Source: Camelus dromedarius
Taxonomy: Eukaryota
NCBI RefSeq assembly: GCF_036321535.1
Contig: NC_087438.1
Location: 13,456,001 to 13,520,000, forward strand
Length of the DNA: 64,000 bases
Direction: 5' to 3'
The notes beneath the pieces are model-generated. The model saw only the letters and a program-made list of their open reading frames with translations, had not been told where the DNA came from and did no database searches. This document shows, piece after piece, positions 37,511 to 51,010 of the stretch (position 1 is the stretch's first letter; the number at the start of each line of letters is the position of its first letter). Both the position numbers and the translations under genes were made by a program.

Positions 37511-39929
37511 GCTATGTTCACTTGAAATCCCAAAGCAGTTTTGTGGTCTTTATATTTGAATGGCATCTTGTATGTATATAAAAAAAAATAGTAATCCATA
37601 TACTTTCTCATTACCTTTAGATGGTGGAGAGCTCATGTCTAAAATACACTACTTTTGTTTTTCTTTATTTTAAGGAAAACAGTAAAAAAAAATCCCTAGT
37701 TGTATTTAGGGGAAAAGAATTTAGAATATACTCCTACTTTTCCATTCACATGCATTATTTTTCACACTCTTCGATAATTTCTAAAAGCTTGTCTTTTTTT
37801 TATACTTAAAATTTTTCATTTTCACTGCAGAATCCACATTTGCCAGTGAACCGCGGGTGCAGTGGGTGAAGTGTCCTTTGCTCATCTGTGGTCACGTGGG
37901 CACTCCAGCTCTCCTCGCTTAGAAGGCAACTCTTAGGAATACTCATCTCAAGCAAGTAGTGCTATTTTGTGCATCTGATCATCTGATGTTAGATTACCTC
38001 CCATCGGATTACCTGGTCCTCTGGTTTACTTAGAGAGTCAGAAATGTGAGTTGTCTTAAAGGATCAGATACAAAATACTGCATTCCCACTACTCTGACTC
38101 CTAGCATGGACTACATTCAAACAATTTGGGGGTCAGTTATTTTTGTTATTTTCTTAAATTACATTGGTTCCATACCACAACGCTATTCTATTTTCTATTA
38201 CCATTGACATAAAGATTTGGAACATCTGAATAGATGATAGAAATTATCCTTTTGTCTTAGAATATATTCCCACAAATTTGGGATGGCTACTTTTGTCTAT
38301 TTATTTTCCTGGACGGTGGAAGCTCTGAATACAAAGATTACATCAGAGAGCAGAATTAATCCAATGCCTTTATTATCTATGTCAGTATCTAGATCGTTAG
38401 CTATGGCATTACTGTGTGTTTGATATGACAAATGAACATACATAATATTCTGCTGGCAATACAGGCAAAGCTTATGATGAATAGTGCAATAACATGCTTC
38501 CAGATTAATTTTTACAGACAATGCATTCAGAAAAAAAGGGCTGTCCCTTGCACCTGCCCTTTCTATATGCCTTGTCTTCTTTCCCCCACACACCTATTAG
38601 CCATCAACCACTGCCAACCACCTTTTGTGGATTCTCGTTTATGACTTCAGTCTTTTGGCTTTTGGTGCTCTTGCATTCTCTACTTTCTCAGCACTGCTGC
38701 CCATATTTTAATAGGAAGTTAGTGATGCCAACTACAGGGCTTGAGATGGAGGAGTGTTTTACAGATTGCACAGAATTATTTTAAATTCAATCTTGCCAAA
38801 GAGTTTACTCTAACACATTTCACTGATGTTATATAAGGAGCTACCTTTTTTACCATGGTCAGGAATTAAGTCAGCTCCAGCCATGGAGTGTTCCACTCAG
38901 ACAACAATCTGTCTTGTGCAGCGGGCGCGCCCACTGAGGTACACCTAGGCCAAAGCTTCATTTCTACAAGGTACACACAATTTTCCCCATGTTTATTTCA
39001 CATAATAAAACATGCTCTAGTATATGAATTAGTCTACCATTTAATTTTGAAGCACAACATTTCAATTTAGACCTCTTATTCTTTGATGCCCTAATGCATG
39101 TATTTTTTAACTGACCACATTTGGAAGAAATATGCAAATTATCGTAATTATATTGTGTTGATCCCCAAGTTTGCCTTTAATTTTTAAAAATGAGGTCATA
39201 ACTCTCTAGTATAGGCTTTTTATCAGTCCCTTGACATATTCATAGTCACCCAGCAAATATTATAGTTATAATATGATATATCTGTCTTAGTTGCTTTAGA
39301 AATGCATGGATTAAATAAACATTTTTCCTGGTCCTTCAAGTCTGATTTTACTGAGCACTCACAAAATATTGTAAATCTGATGAAAGAGAGGGAGAGAGAG
39401 AGAAATTAATAGTGTAGAGTAGTTTAGAGTAGCTCTTCTTTGTGAATTTAAAACAGCTGAAAGGTACAGGGAAATTTCACTTTGAGAGATAATCCCTGAG
39501 TTTGCTCCTAGTAGATGGACTGAATTTGGATATATGTCAACGTCAAATAAGGCATTTTAAGTTGGTGAAGGGTTGATGGCAATAGAAATACTTTGTTCCA
39601 TATGCCTCATATTTTATCATTTCTTCCTTATTCACTGTGTGTCACATTAGAAATACATAGTTAAAACAGACAGAATTAGTGTCCTAAGATTTTTTAAAAA
39701 TTGTTTACTTGCCCATTGTGTAGTTTTAAAACACTTTTTTAAAATTAGTATTCTATGTTCAGATGTGCTTAACTATTATCAAAATTATTGAAAACAACAA
39801 ACTGAAACTCTCATAACAAGTAGCCTTGAAAAATGTCTTTCATAATCAACTGGTTTATCCCAATGGTCAATTATTGTCTCTCTAGTCTATTTGGTAAAGA
39901 AGACTAATGTGTATTTTTTTCATTTATTT

Positions 39930-40110
39930 TAAAATTTTTTAATTTAAATTTAAATTTTTTGAAGTATGGTTGATTTACAATATTTTGTTAGTTTTAGGTG
40001 TACAGCAAAGTGATCTGGTTATACATACATATGTGTATATACCTATATTCTTTTTTATTCTTTTCCATTATAATTTATTATAAGATATTAACTATAGTTT
40101 CCTATGTATA
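39930..40110 (-). mobile_element. L1 3' end (cetartiodactyl-type)
   Basis: gaagtatggttgatttacaatatt...gtgtacagcaaagtgat...ttttccattata. Confidence 0.85.
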
Positions 40111-41731
40111 CTTTGCTTTTACATTTTCATTTTTTCACTCTTGTCTATGAAAAATTAGGTGTAGACAAATATTTTGTCATGTGACATTTCAAATGTGTCT
40201 ATATCACATCCAAAATATAAATGTTAATTTAGATAATATTCTGTTGTGATATTTTAAGGGTTAATGACAGTGAAGAATGTAATCGAGTATTATTCATTCC
40301 CAGAGTAACACAGAAATATCAGTGTCACTGTGTTAAAAACATAGTGTTATAAACACAGCCTGGTAAATTCCATTGGAAAAAAACATGTTGATCAAACCTT
40401 AGGGGGGAACTAGATTGTCTCCATTATAAGCAGTTCTGTGGAAACAAATTTGAAATTTATATACTTTGTTCTACTGGGGCTTTGAACAACTCAACTATAT
40501 AATATTTCAGAAGAAGCAACAAGTGTGTTAAGAAAGGAAACGAATGCTTTGTAGAAGTCAGACTAATCAAGGAAAACAGTGCTACAGCATATGTTGTTTT
40601 CTCTGCAGAAAAATCCAAATGGGACATTCAGATGACTGAGACCGAAATTAATTTTATAGGCATTAACATTTGTGGGTGTTTCACACATGGAAGTGGAGAA
40701 CATTTCCCTTGATAGTAAAACAAAATGCAGTATCAGGAGGGACATAAACTGAAACTCACAGCTCCTTACCATCAATTGAGTTTTACATCAACTTTGTTTT
40801 CATTGTTCTCACAAAATGTATACAGTGTTTGCCTACCAAAACACGTTGGTTAAAATAATGATAGATACTTTTAAACTAAATGGATGCTAATTTAATATTG
40901 CTCAATCATTTATCTAACTTCAAGAAATGTCCCCTTGGCTTATAAGTATTTGGTGTCAATTCTCCACATTTTTGTGCTGTTTTGTAAAAGTAAAACATGA
41001 ATTTTAAAAATGATTCCATAAACTTAACAGGTTAAAAATTTAGTATCGAAAAACATCAATCCCCACCACATTTTAAGTGTTCTGTAATGTTTTATGTTCT
41101 AATCAATTGAGGGGAAAAAAAAAAAAACACTGTCTATGAAAAAACCTGTAACATCATAAGCATTACAACTGAAAATCTGATTTAAAACCTATCATTTGGA
41201 TCTGTGAACAGAACTATTTATTTATTAAGCAAGTATTTATCTATAAAACATTTTATATAAGCAACTGTGCTGGAGATTCAGACACTTTTCTAGTCCTCAA
41301 AAGTCTTAAAAAATAAACTTTACATCGTGTCCCAATGGTTAACCTAATTTTGTCAATTACATTTCAACAAGGTCTATCTCAACGTGGCCATAAAATTTGC
41401 AACTTATAATGAACATGTTGTTTACTTTGTATTCAGTAGTAGAAATTGTGTCAAACTTTCTTATATTATAATTTATTTTGTTGAAATTTCAAAAATATGA
41501 GTGTTACTACGAAAATCCAGCCATAAATCACTTGTCTAAACAATCATATTTGACTAGGTAATATTAAGGTTCTTTTATATTTAAAAAATTTTTGATAACG
41601 TCACTATTTTATAGCACATATATTACTTGAACTTAATTTTAGATTTGGTTTGGTTTTTTATTTTATTATCATTTCAACACAGAATACTCTTTTGATGTGT
41701 TTAATGTGTTTCCATGATGCTTTGTACTCAC

Positions 41732-41828
41732 AAAATTAGTGTCTACTATTAGTTTCTTTTTCCTCTTAGCATCTGTAAATGGATATGAGCCACCATACGG
41801 AGCCAGTAAAAATGTTGCAAATACTGGA
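41732..41828 (-). other. Candidate 97-nt exon (unidentified gene)
   Basis: Minus strand tttctttttcttatag|T...TTT|gtgagt; single fully open frame PVFATFLLAPYGGSYPFTDAKRKKKLIVDTNF; no repeat recognised. Confidence 0.35.
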
Positions 41829-42099
41829 CTATAAGAAAAAGAAACCAGTTGACTAAAAAATAAGACCAAAATAATCTAATGACTAACTATTATAAATGTA
41901 TTTTCCACATCAGAAGCTAAACTAATAGACTCTGAGGTTTTGAGAATGAACAGTATGGTGGTGAGAGACCATATCATTTGAAAATATGTAAAGGTTAAAA
42001 TATAAGTTACCTAGTGAAGCTAAGATCAATGCTCACCAGGTATCAGTCAGCCATCCTTATATTTAGGTCACCCATTTTAGTTCATTTTTAATATTTTAT

Positions 42100-42570
42100 A
42101 TTTTTGGCTTTCTTTTTGTCTTACCTCAGCTTTCTCTTTATCTATTCTCTTTTATTTGCTTTATTTGGATTATTATTTACATTAAATTTTTACCTCTACT
42201 TGTTAAAAAATTATATAGTCTGCTATTAATATTTTATTTAGCCTATAAATTTTAATAGGCTTATTTAGCATATGAAATGAAAAGGGATTATAATCATTAG
42301 CATTCTCAATCATATCATCCAACTCAGAATACTTTAACCTTTTTCTCTGGAATATATATTCCATTGTTGTGATGCATTTTAGTTTTATTTTGTTCTCATA
42401 AATATGTTGTTCTGGTTTAAAACAGTCAATGTTTACTTAGAATTAACGACATATTTGCCATCATCTTTGTTTATCATTCCTTCTGTGTTGTGGAACATTA
42501 TGGGTGAAGAGTATTTTGAAATGTTTTTAAGTAGGTTTTATTTTTGAAAAACTCTATTTTTTCCCATTTT
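42100..42570 (-). mobile_element. Old L1ME fragment
   Basis: aacagtcaatgtttacttagaattaac...atatttgcc...tcattccttc. Confidence 0.5.
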
Positions 42571-42579
42571 TATCTATAC

Positions 42580-42949
42580 ATGTAATATATGGAAAGTCAA
42601 AGGACTTAGAATAACTAGGACAAATATAAATCATAACATAAAAAATGGAAAACAATTCCTATCAGAGATAAGATATCAATAATTAATAAAGTGTAAGGAA
42701 AGAAATATGGACCAATACAGCAAAATAAAGACAGAGTCTAGAAACAGAGTGACAAGGTGCAGTAATCTGTTCCTAACAAAAACACCATTGTAACTGAGTA
42801 TGGAAGTGATATAGTTCTGGGTTATGTGACTGTCCACGCAATTTGAGGTGCATTATATAACTAAATGTGAAAGGCAAAAACAATAAAATTCTTATTGGAG
42901 GGAAATACACTTACGGATTTGAAGTAAACAAATGTCTCTTAAACCTGAG
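42580..42949 (+). mobile_element. Old L1ME ORF2 fragment (resumes ~45230-45895)
   Basis: tatatggaaagtcaaaggacttagaata...taaatgtgaaaggcaaaaacaataaaa. Confidence 0.7.
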
Positions 42950-45228
42950 AGTACTAGTTTCCAATTGATGTTGTAAAAATTGCCATAAATATAGAGGCTT
43001 AAAACAACACAAATACATTATCTCATAATTCTGAAAGCCAGAATTCCTAAAATCAAGATACAAGAAAAACTGTGTTCTTTCTGGATAATTTAGGGAAGGA
43101 TTCATTTCCTTGTATTTTCTGGATTCTGGTGGCCACCTGTGTTACTTGATTGATGGCCACTTACTCTATTTTCAAAGTCACCAGAATAGAATCCTTAAAT
43201 CTTTCTGTCTCTGTCTTCTTGACTTCCTCTTATAAGGACACTTATGATTTTATTGGGTCCATTATATCATCTACAATAATCCCTGCATCTCAAGATCCTT
43301 AATCATATCTGCAATTTTTTTCCACCGACAGTAACATATGCACAGAGTCAAAAAATTAAAATGTAGACATTTTCAGAGATGTCTTCTGGTCCCTAATGAT
43401 TTACATCCATCCACATATAAAATGCATTCACCTCACCTCAATATCCCAAAAAGTCTCAACCCATTAGAGCATCAACTCCTTATCCAAGATTTCCTTTAAT
43501 ATTCATCAGTTCAAAAGCCTCAAATCTCATAATCTAAATCAGATGTCGATGAGACTCTGGTCAGACTGACCCTGGGACAAAATTGCACTCCATATGTTAA
43601 GCATAAAACTAAAAAATTAGTCACTTGCTCCCAAAATACAATGGCGGGACAGGTGTAGTATTCAAGTTGTATATAATACCCTTTCAAAAATGAAAACAAT
43701 GAGAGATAAAAGGAGTCACTCATCAATTTGAAATCAGCCTAGGCTAACAGTTTCAAGGTTTGGTAATAATCTTCTGTGGTTCAGAGGTCCATGCTCTGGC
43801 TCATGGTTTTGCCTTGGAATCATCCTTCCTTTTTCATGAAGACGTCATGTGTTTACATCAGACAATTTGTATTCACCTGTTCCCTTCCTGTAGAACTTTG
43901 GGAATCTTAGAGATTTCTTTGGTTTTCCTTCTTTGTCTTTTAGTCCATGCTTGCAGTGTTTCTGTTGGTGTAACAGTTGTAATACCCTTCTGAGTTTCCT
44001 GTGTGTTTTAGGGAAATTCATTGCATTAGATAAAAGGTTCCTTCATAGATCTTTCCTGGATAATCTTACCTGCAATTCCTGGTTTCTATGCTGATGTGGC
44101 TGAGGGCATTATGAATCACATGTTGAATTTGTTCATAGAGACTGTTGGTAATTAAATTTGGTCCTTCAAAGACATTAGCCAAAGTTGCCCAGCCACATCC
44201 TCAACTTTCAGACAGTGCATCTCCTAATTTTACCATCCTTTTCATTATCATCAAGTCATGGCAGCTTTTTTGCTTAACAGTTCTCCTCTCCTTTCCTATG
44301 GATGCAGAATTTAAGTATAAGCAACGAGAAGAAACTAGGTCACACCCTTTCCAATGTGCTTGAAAATCTCCTCAGCTAGCTATCTAAGTCCATCACTTAC
44401 AAGTTCTGCCTTTTATATAACTACCAGATGGAATTCAGCTAAATAAGATTTCTCCCACTGTGAGATAAAGACTCCCTCTCATCCAGGTTCCAAAAACATG
44501 TTGCTCATTTCCCTCTGAGTCCTCACCAGCAGTTCCTTCAATGTCCCCATTTCTACCAAAACCGTGTGTATGCTGATGTAAGTACTCTCTAAGACAATGT
44601 AGATTTTTCTCTATCATGCCCTCATGCCCTCACTTCCTGAGTTCTTACTAGCAGAGTTCTTAATATTCATATTTTTGCTAACAGTCTGTTCAAGTCAACC
44701 TAGACTATTTCTATCATGCTCCTCAAAATTCCTCATGCTCTACTCATTATTCAGTCCTAAACCAAATGTTTAGATCTTTCTCGCAGCAGCCCCACACTTT
44801 CAGGGACCAAAATCTGTATTAGTTTTCTATTTCTGCTTAATAAATTACTACAAATGTCATGGCCAAAAAGCCCACAGATTTAGTATCTTAGAGTTCTGGA
44901 GGTCAGAAGTCCTATAGTCAATGTGTCAGTAGGGCTGAATTTCCTGTGAAAACACCAGGGGAGAATCAATAACTCAGCATGACTCCTTCATCCATCTTGA
45001 AAGCCAGCAACATAGTGTCATCATGGCCCTCATTTCTGTTGTCACATCTCTTTCTCTGACTCTTAGATTATGTCTCCCTCTTATAAGGACCTTCATGATT
45101 ACACTGGACCCAACCAGACAGCCCAAGATAACCTCTATATCTCAAGACCTTTAAATTAATCTTTAATCACATCTTCAGCATCTTTGCAAGTAAGTAATAT
45201 ATTTATAGGTTGAAGGGATTAAGATGAA
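42950..45228 (-). mobile_element. MaLR element with LTR-internal-LTR structure (MLT1C/D-like)
   Basis: Two similar LTRs (~42950-43378, 44815-~45228; shared cctcttataaggac, tctcaaga, ttaatca) flanking ~1.4 kb MLT1-int ending ccaaaatc|tgtattag. Confidence 0.85.
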
Positions 45229-45229
45229 A

Positions 45230-45895
45230 TCTTAATGAATGAAAAAGAAAGAAACCAGAACATGCATACTCAATGCATACACCTGATAAGGAATTTATAT
45301 TCAGAATATATAAAGAACTCCCGCAGATTAATAAGAAAATGCTGTTTTAAAAATGGTCAAAGTCATGGACAGACCCTTCACAAACGAATGCTTTCAAACA
45401 GAAATAAGCAAATAAAAACCGTTCATCATTAAACAAGAGAGCAATGAAGGTTCCCTTTGAGTTATCGATGTATACCCCCCCAACATAGCTAAATTCAAAG
45501 ATTTGATTGTCAATACAAAATCTAGGGTTTTCGTATTTTGTCATGTAGATTTTTTTCAATAATTTTCCTTTTTAAAAAATATTACTTTAAAATATTTATC
45601 TTGATCACTGAAGTTTTAGAGGCCAAAAGCATCATTTGCCTTGCCCTACTCCCAGTCCTGAATTAAAGTACAAAGACAGATAAAACCAATCAACAGTAAT
45701 AAAGGTGAGACTATTGGTTGCCTTTTGGGAGTGTGGTATTGATAAGGAAGAAACACTATGGAGCCTTTGGGTGCTAGAAATGATCTATATCATTACTGTG
45801 GTGTCAGGTGTTGGGTGTATAACTATGTAAAATTTATCAAACTATACAATCTGTAGACTATGCTGTATATAATTTATGCTTCAAATAATTAAAAT
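45230..45895 (+). mobile_element. L1ME ORF2 end/3' UTR, with a MER91-like fragment at ~45545-45660
   Basis: tattcagaatatataaagaactcc; gtggtattgataaggaag; insert ends ccctactcccagtcctg. Confidence 0.65.
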
Positions 45896-46335
45896 AAGCA
45901 ATTGCTAAGCAATTCCCATCTAAGAACTGAATATTAAAAAAAAATTATCAACCTTCTTTCACTTTCAACTGTCCTTTCCATATGTCTAAATAAGTAAACC
46001 AAAATTTTTATATCTCCTCTGGGGGAGTACACTTACATTTTAGCTTGCTTTTGCATTCAGGATGTAAAATTTTAATCATATTTCCACAGGAGGTGGTTTC
46101 TATTAGACTCCAGAACTTGTATGAACTCTGCAATTTGTTTCATGCCCCCTGCTTCTCACAAGGCCAAGAAAACAAAACTCAAAATTTCTTATGCCGAAAA
46201 CTGACTTTAGTGTTCTTGCTTTTCAGTGTTATTGATTTCCCTTAGTTCCTGGCATCTGAGAAATTCCTACTTTCTTTACACTTTATTATTTTTTTTAAAA
46301 TATTTTAAAAATTTTTAAAAACATACATATCTATC

Positions 46336-46710
46336 TGTTACGGTCTAAATTGGACCCCACAAATTCATATGTTGAAGTCATAATCGCCCAGAACCTCAGA
46401 CTGTGATTGTGTTTGGGGATAGAGTCTCTTAAGAGGTAAGTAGAGATGAATGATGTCATTTGGTCGGCCATGTCCAATACGACTAGTATGCCTTTAAGGA
46501 AAGGAAATGACACTGTTTTCACAGGCACAGAGGGGAAAGGCCTCTGGGGACACAGTGAGAAGAGAAGGAAAATCAGGAGAAATGAGCGCTGCCAACAAAT
46601 TGATCTTGGGATGCATTCTTAAAGGAACTTCTTAAGGTTTTGTTTGTTTGTTTGTTTGGTTGTTTTTAAATTTTATTTTTGTCTGCCATGCTATAACAGC
46701 TAATAGAGAG
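46336..46710 (+). mobile_element. MLT1B-like LTR
   Basis: tgttacggtctaaatt...aaattcatatgttgaagtc...tttggggatagagtct. Confidence 0.85.
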
Positions 46711-47428
46711 CATGTTTATGACAGTTATAAACTAAAAAGATAAAGAATCTTTCTCTGATTCCATTTTCCTCAGGGTGATTCAAATGAAAGATCACCCCAA
46801 ATAAATACATTTTAAAAACCATAAACATGCTTCAAGAAAAAATAGTTCAAGAACAAGTGGTGATTGCTTGTTGATCAAATGGCAAGCAGAGACGGAGAGG
46901 CAAGAAAATAAAATCAAATTTAAGTGTCTCAGTGATACTTAAATAAGGTTAGTGTGAGACATTGAAAAGTGAACTTTTCAGTTTTTAGTCTATTGAACAC
47001 CTGTGAACAAGTGCATTTAACTTTAAGTTATTTCTGCTGTTCCCAGAGATAATATTTTCTTTTTAAATGCCTTCAATTTTTAACTTATGAGGTTGACTGT
47101 ATGTATTTGGTTTCATAGAAACATGCAAACCAGCATCTGAGTACTAAGGGTCGACTAATTTTTTTTTTTTTTTTTGATTTGTTTGTAGAAGGCGATACTT
47201 CTTTGGACAAGGAAACTGAAGTTTCATCCTGTACTAAATGTAGTGGCAATCTAGGTAAACGTATTATTTTACCTAATGTCATAAGACTTTCATTTCATAC
47301 AAAAGAAAAATATGTAAAAAAGTATGCCCAATATTTACATACACGTCTATGAAGTGTAAATTATCTTGACAATATCTAAGGCTAAGTGACTTTCTTTCAA
47401 TTTGCAGAAAAAATATTAAGACAGATTG

Positions 47429-47466
47429 TAGATAGATAGATGATAGATAGATGATAGATAGACAGA
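47429..47466. repeat. (GATA)n microsatellite
   Basis: Seen directly. Confidence 0.9.
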
Positions 47467-48059
47467 AACATTCATAATTCCTTTGTAAAAAGTATAGCCA
47501 AAAATGTTGTGACTGATGTAATAATTTTGCCTGAATCTTTTGCACACATAAACTCTAGATTACACATATTCGAAAGATCACTGTCAAATCACGTGTATTC
47601 TCTTGACTGATTATGCTGCTATTAAATAATAGCTAAACATTCCCTAATTTAATAACATTCTAACCCTCAAGAGCCCAATGTAATTTTGGTAGCTGCTACC
47701 ATTTATAAGATGGTCACAGATGTGCATATTTCCCTTGTTCCAAAATCACAATGCAATTTAATTCATCTCAGCTATCAATCAAATACCCTCTGATTAAATA
47801 CAAATAAAGACTTTTTCATGTGTGCCACTTTTGAAATACAATATAAAATAATAAGAAAGCTCTTTCCATCTTACAAACTTGCCCATATATATGTATGCAA
47901 CAATGATTTTATAGCATTAAAAATATGTTGATTTATTTGCTTTATTTGTGGTTAGCCTAAAGCTATAAATTGATAGGACTAATGCAAAATTAAAATATAG
48001 ATTCTTGCCACTGTATGAAGGAGAAATGAAACCAACATTTTGTGTCATTATTGTAATAT

Positions 48060-49330
48060 TTATGTAATAATACTAGCTGCTGTAAAAAAGACTGCTACAT
48101 TTAAAAGGTTTGGTACAACAACAGTTTAATTATTGCCCCCATTGCAGACCCATACGGTTTTTCGACAAAGAGGAAAGGGAGGAATTCTGCTCTATTCAGA
48201 GTTGGAAACTGACATCTGCCACATCTGACCTTGGAGGCAGTTTTACGCATGAACACTCAGCTGACCAGCAACGAAGTGAGGATGCCTGGGACACAGACTT
48301 CGCACCAGCCACAGTTTAGAAGTGAAACACACCACTTCAGCATATGTTCATTGCAGCAAACTAGTCATTTAACCCCAATGAGAGGGAGGGATGTGAGGAA
48401 GAGGAAGCGGGGAACTGGGAAAAGGGCTTCCTGATTGGTTAGTCATTACAAGCAATAAATATGTTCTGTGGAAAAGAGATTACAATTTTTGGTGGACAGT
48501 GTCTGCTATAATCTGCCCTCTATTCTACAGATATCCTCATGTGCCTTTCCTTTTGTGTCTCAAGCAATCTCAAGCTCTCTCAAAGGAAACAACCCCAAAT
48601 CCCATTCAATCAATACATCATGCACACGTTCCAGGATCTTCCGACACTTCTCTGTGGGTTTCTCCATGATCTGGTAAACTCTGACCTAAAATACACGCCC
48701 CAAAGGGAAGTAAGGGTGGGGGGAATAACAGCACTAAAAAAGTTTCAATTTAAAAGAGAAGCATGGAAATGCAGAAACATTTTTGTACATAGACTGGATA
48801 AACTCCTTTGACAGATCATCAAATCCTCCATCTTGAAGAAGAGAAAGTTTTTTAACTAGAACATGATCTGCTCTCTTGGGAGGGACTACCCTGTCCATAG
48901 TCCCTGGAACCTAGCTGGGGAGCAACTAACTTCCTTGTCAATTATTTCTAATGATCACTCTCCTAATTCCTACTTTCTCAAGTTTGAGGACCCATAAGTC
49001 ATTTTGACATTCCCATGGAAAATGGTGGTTTTAAGATATGTATTTCACTGGCAATATGTCATTCCTCATACACTTTTTGATCCTCTTACTTTTTTGACTC
49101 CAGTCACTTCCACATGTCTGTAACCATACTCAAAGTTCTTTCCTTGGCATAATTACTAAGAATGATTTATTTGCCATCTCACAAAGCCTCACATTCTTAA
49201 ATTAATGAGAGCTAATATGAAGCTTGTTAAAAAAAAAAAAAAAGCTTGGGTGGAAAGATTATAGCCTTAGTCTGGACTTTGGACAGGGATGAATTTTTAT
49301 ATTTGACTAAGAATTCTGAATAGACCTTCA
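48060..49330 (-). mobile_element. MLT1J-like LTR (~48060-48510) plus internal-sequence remnant
   Basis: actagctgctgtaa; agaagtgaaacacaccacttc...ttcattg...aactagtca; MaLR-int-like text follows. Confidence 0.6.
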
Positions 49331-49570
49331 TTGTTCCATGGTTTGTGTGTGTTTGCTTGTTTGTTTGTTTTTATTTTTATTTTTTAAAGAAACTTAGAGT
49401 GTTTCAGATCTACAAGACTTGCTTTCTCAAAACTTTGAGGTTTCAAGCTTTGAGAAATATTTACTTTGATTCAGTTCACTCTTGAATATGACAATTGCTC
49501 AGTTGGTATTTGTGTTTTTTCATGTGGATTACACATTAACAAGTTTAAAACTGTTTTACATGAATACAAG

Positions 49571-50147
49571 TTTTTTTTTATTGAGGTATAGTTAGTTTAC
49601 AATATTGTGTCAATTTCTGGTGTACAGCCCAATTCGTCAGTCATACATGAATACACATATATTCATTTTCATATTCTTTTTCACCATAAGCTACTACAAA
49701 ATGTTGACTATATTTCCCTGTGCTATACAGTATAAACTTGTTTATCTATCTATTTTATATATACTAGTCAGTATCTACAAATCTTGAGCTCCCAGTTTAT
49801 CCCTTCACAACCCCCTCCCCCCGGCAACCACAAGTCTGTATTGTATGTCTGTGAGTCTGTTTCTGTTTTATATATAAGTTCATTTGTCTTCTTTTTTTTT
49901 AGATTCCACATATGAATGATATCATATGGTATTTTTCTTTCTCTTTCTGGCTTACTTAGAATGACATTTTCCAAGGTCATGCATGCTGCTGCAAATGGCA
50001 TTATTTAATCACTTTTTATGGCTGAGTAGTATTCCATTGTATAAATATACCACAACTTCTTTATCCAGTCATCTGTTGATGGACATTTAGGTTGCTTCCA
50101 TGTGTTGGCTATTGTAAATAGTGCTGCTATGAACATTTGGGTGCAGT
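49571..50147 (-). mobile_element. Young 5'-truncated L1
   Basis: T-tail then attgaggtatagttagtttacaat...; ORF MPFAAACMTLENVILSKP resembles the L1 ORF2 terminus. Confidence 0.95.
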
Positions 50148-50246
50148 GTTAAGTTCTGAACAAATAAATGGATGATGGTTTGTAAGGGGGCAGCCTTCTC
50201 ATTGTCAGAGAGGGGAATTTCAAATCATCAAAAGGGAAAGGCTAGA

Positions 50247-50640
50247 TCATCAAACTAACTGAAGTAAGCCAGAAAGAGAAAGAAAAATACCATATGATAT
50301 GATCACTTACATGTGGAATCTTAAAAAGTAGGACAAATGAACTTATTTTACAAAGCAGAAACAGACTCACAGATATAGAAAACAAACTTGTGGTTACCAG
50401 AGGGGAAAGAGGAGGATGGAGGGATAAATTGGGAGTTTGAGACTTGCAGTTACTATTATACAAAAAAATAGATAAGCAACAAGATCCCACTCTATAGCAC
50501 GGGGAACTATATTCAATACCTTGCAATGCCTATAACTAAAAAAAAAATAGAAAAACTTTTGTATGAATGTATGAATCACTCTGCTGTACACCAGAAATTA
50601 ACAAAACATTGTAAACTGAATATACTTCAATTAAAAAAAA
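50247..50640 (+). mobile_element. 5'-truncated L1 3' end inserted in an older L1MC fragment (~50150-50755)
   Basis: gaagtaagccagaaagagaaagaaaaatacc...tatacttcaattaaaaaaaa; TSD core aaaggctaga at 50237 and 50644. Confidence 0.92.
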
Positions 50641-50764
50641 AGTAAAGGCTAGAATTATCCTGTTTTACTGGACTAAAGTTGGAAACAGAATGAGGTCATG
50701 TTTAGCTTAATATTAGAACAATTATATAGACACAGAAACAATTATAGATATGTAGGTAGTAGGT

Positions 50765-51010
50765 GGTATTAGGGTCCTGTTGCTGATGTAGCAAATATTA
50801 CAAAGTTACCATCTTAAAGCAATCCAAAATTATTACCTTAAAATCCAAAAAGTCAGAAGTTCTAAATAGATTTCACCAGGCTAAAAGCAAAGTTCATCAA
50901 AGTTTCTTTTCTTCTAGAGGCTTTTGGGAAGGATTCTCCTCACATTTTCCAGCCTCCAGGGGCCATCTGCATTCCTCAACACGTGATGCCTTTTCCATCT
51001 TCAAAGGCAG
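50765..51010 (-). mobile_element. MLT1D-like LTR fragment
   Basis: tattaggg...gtcagaag...tttcaccaggctaaaa...ttttccagcctccaggggccatctgcattcct. Confidence 0.75.

Noticed and set aside
40770..40832. 63-nt minus-strand segment with AG acceptor and GTAAGG donor
   Set aside because: Stops in all three frames and a weak polypyrimidine tract; probably a pseudo-exon
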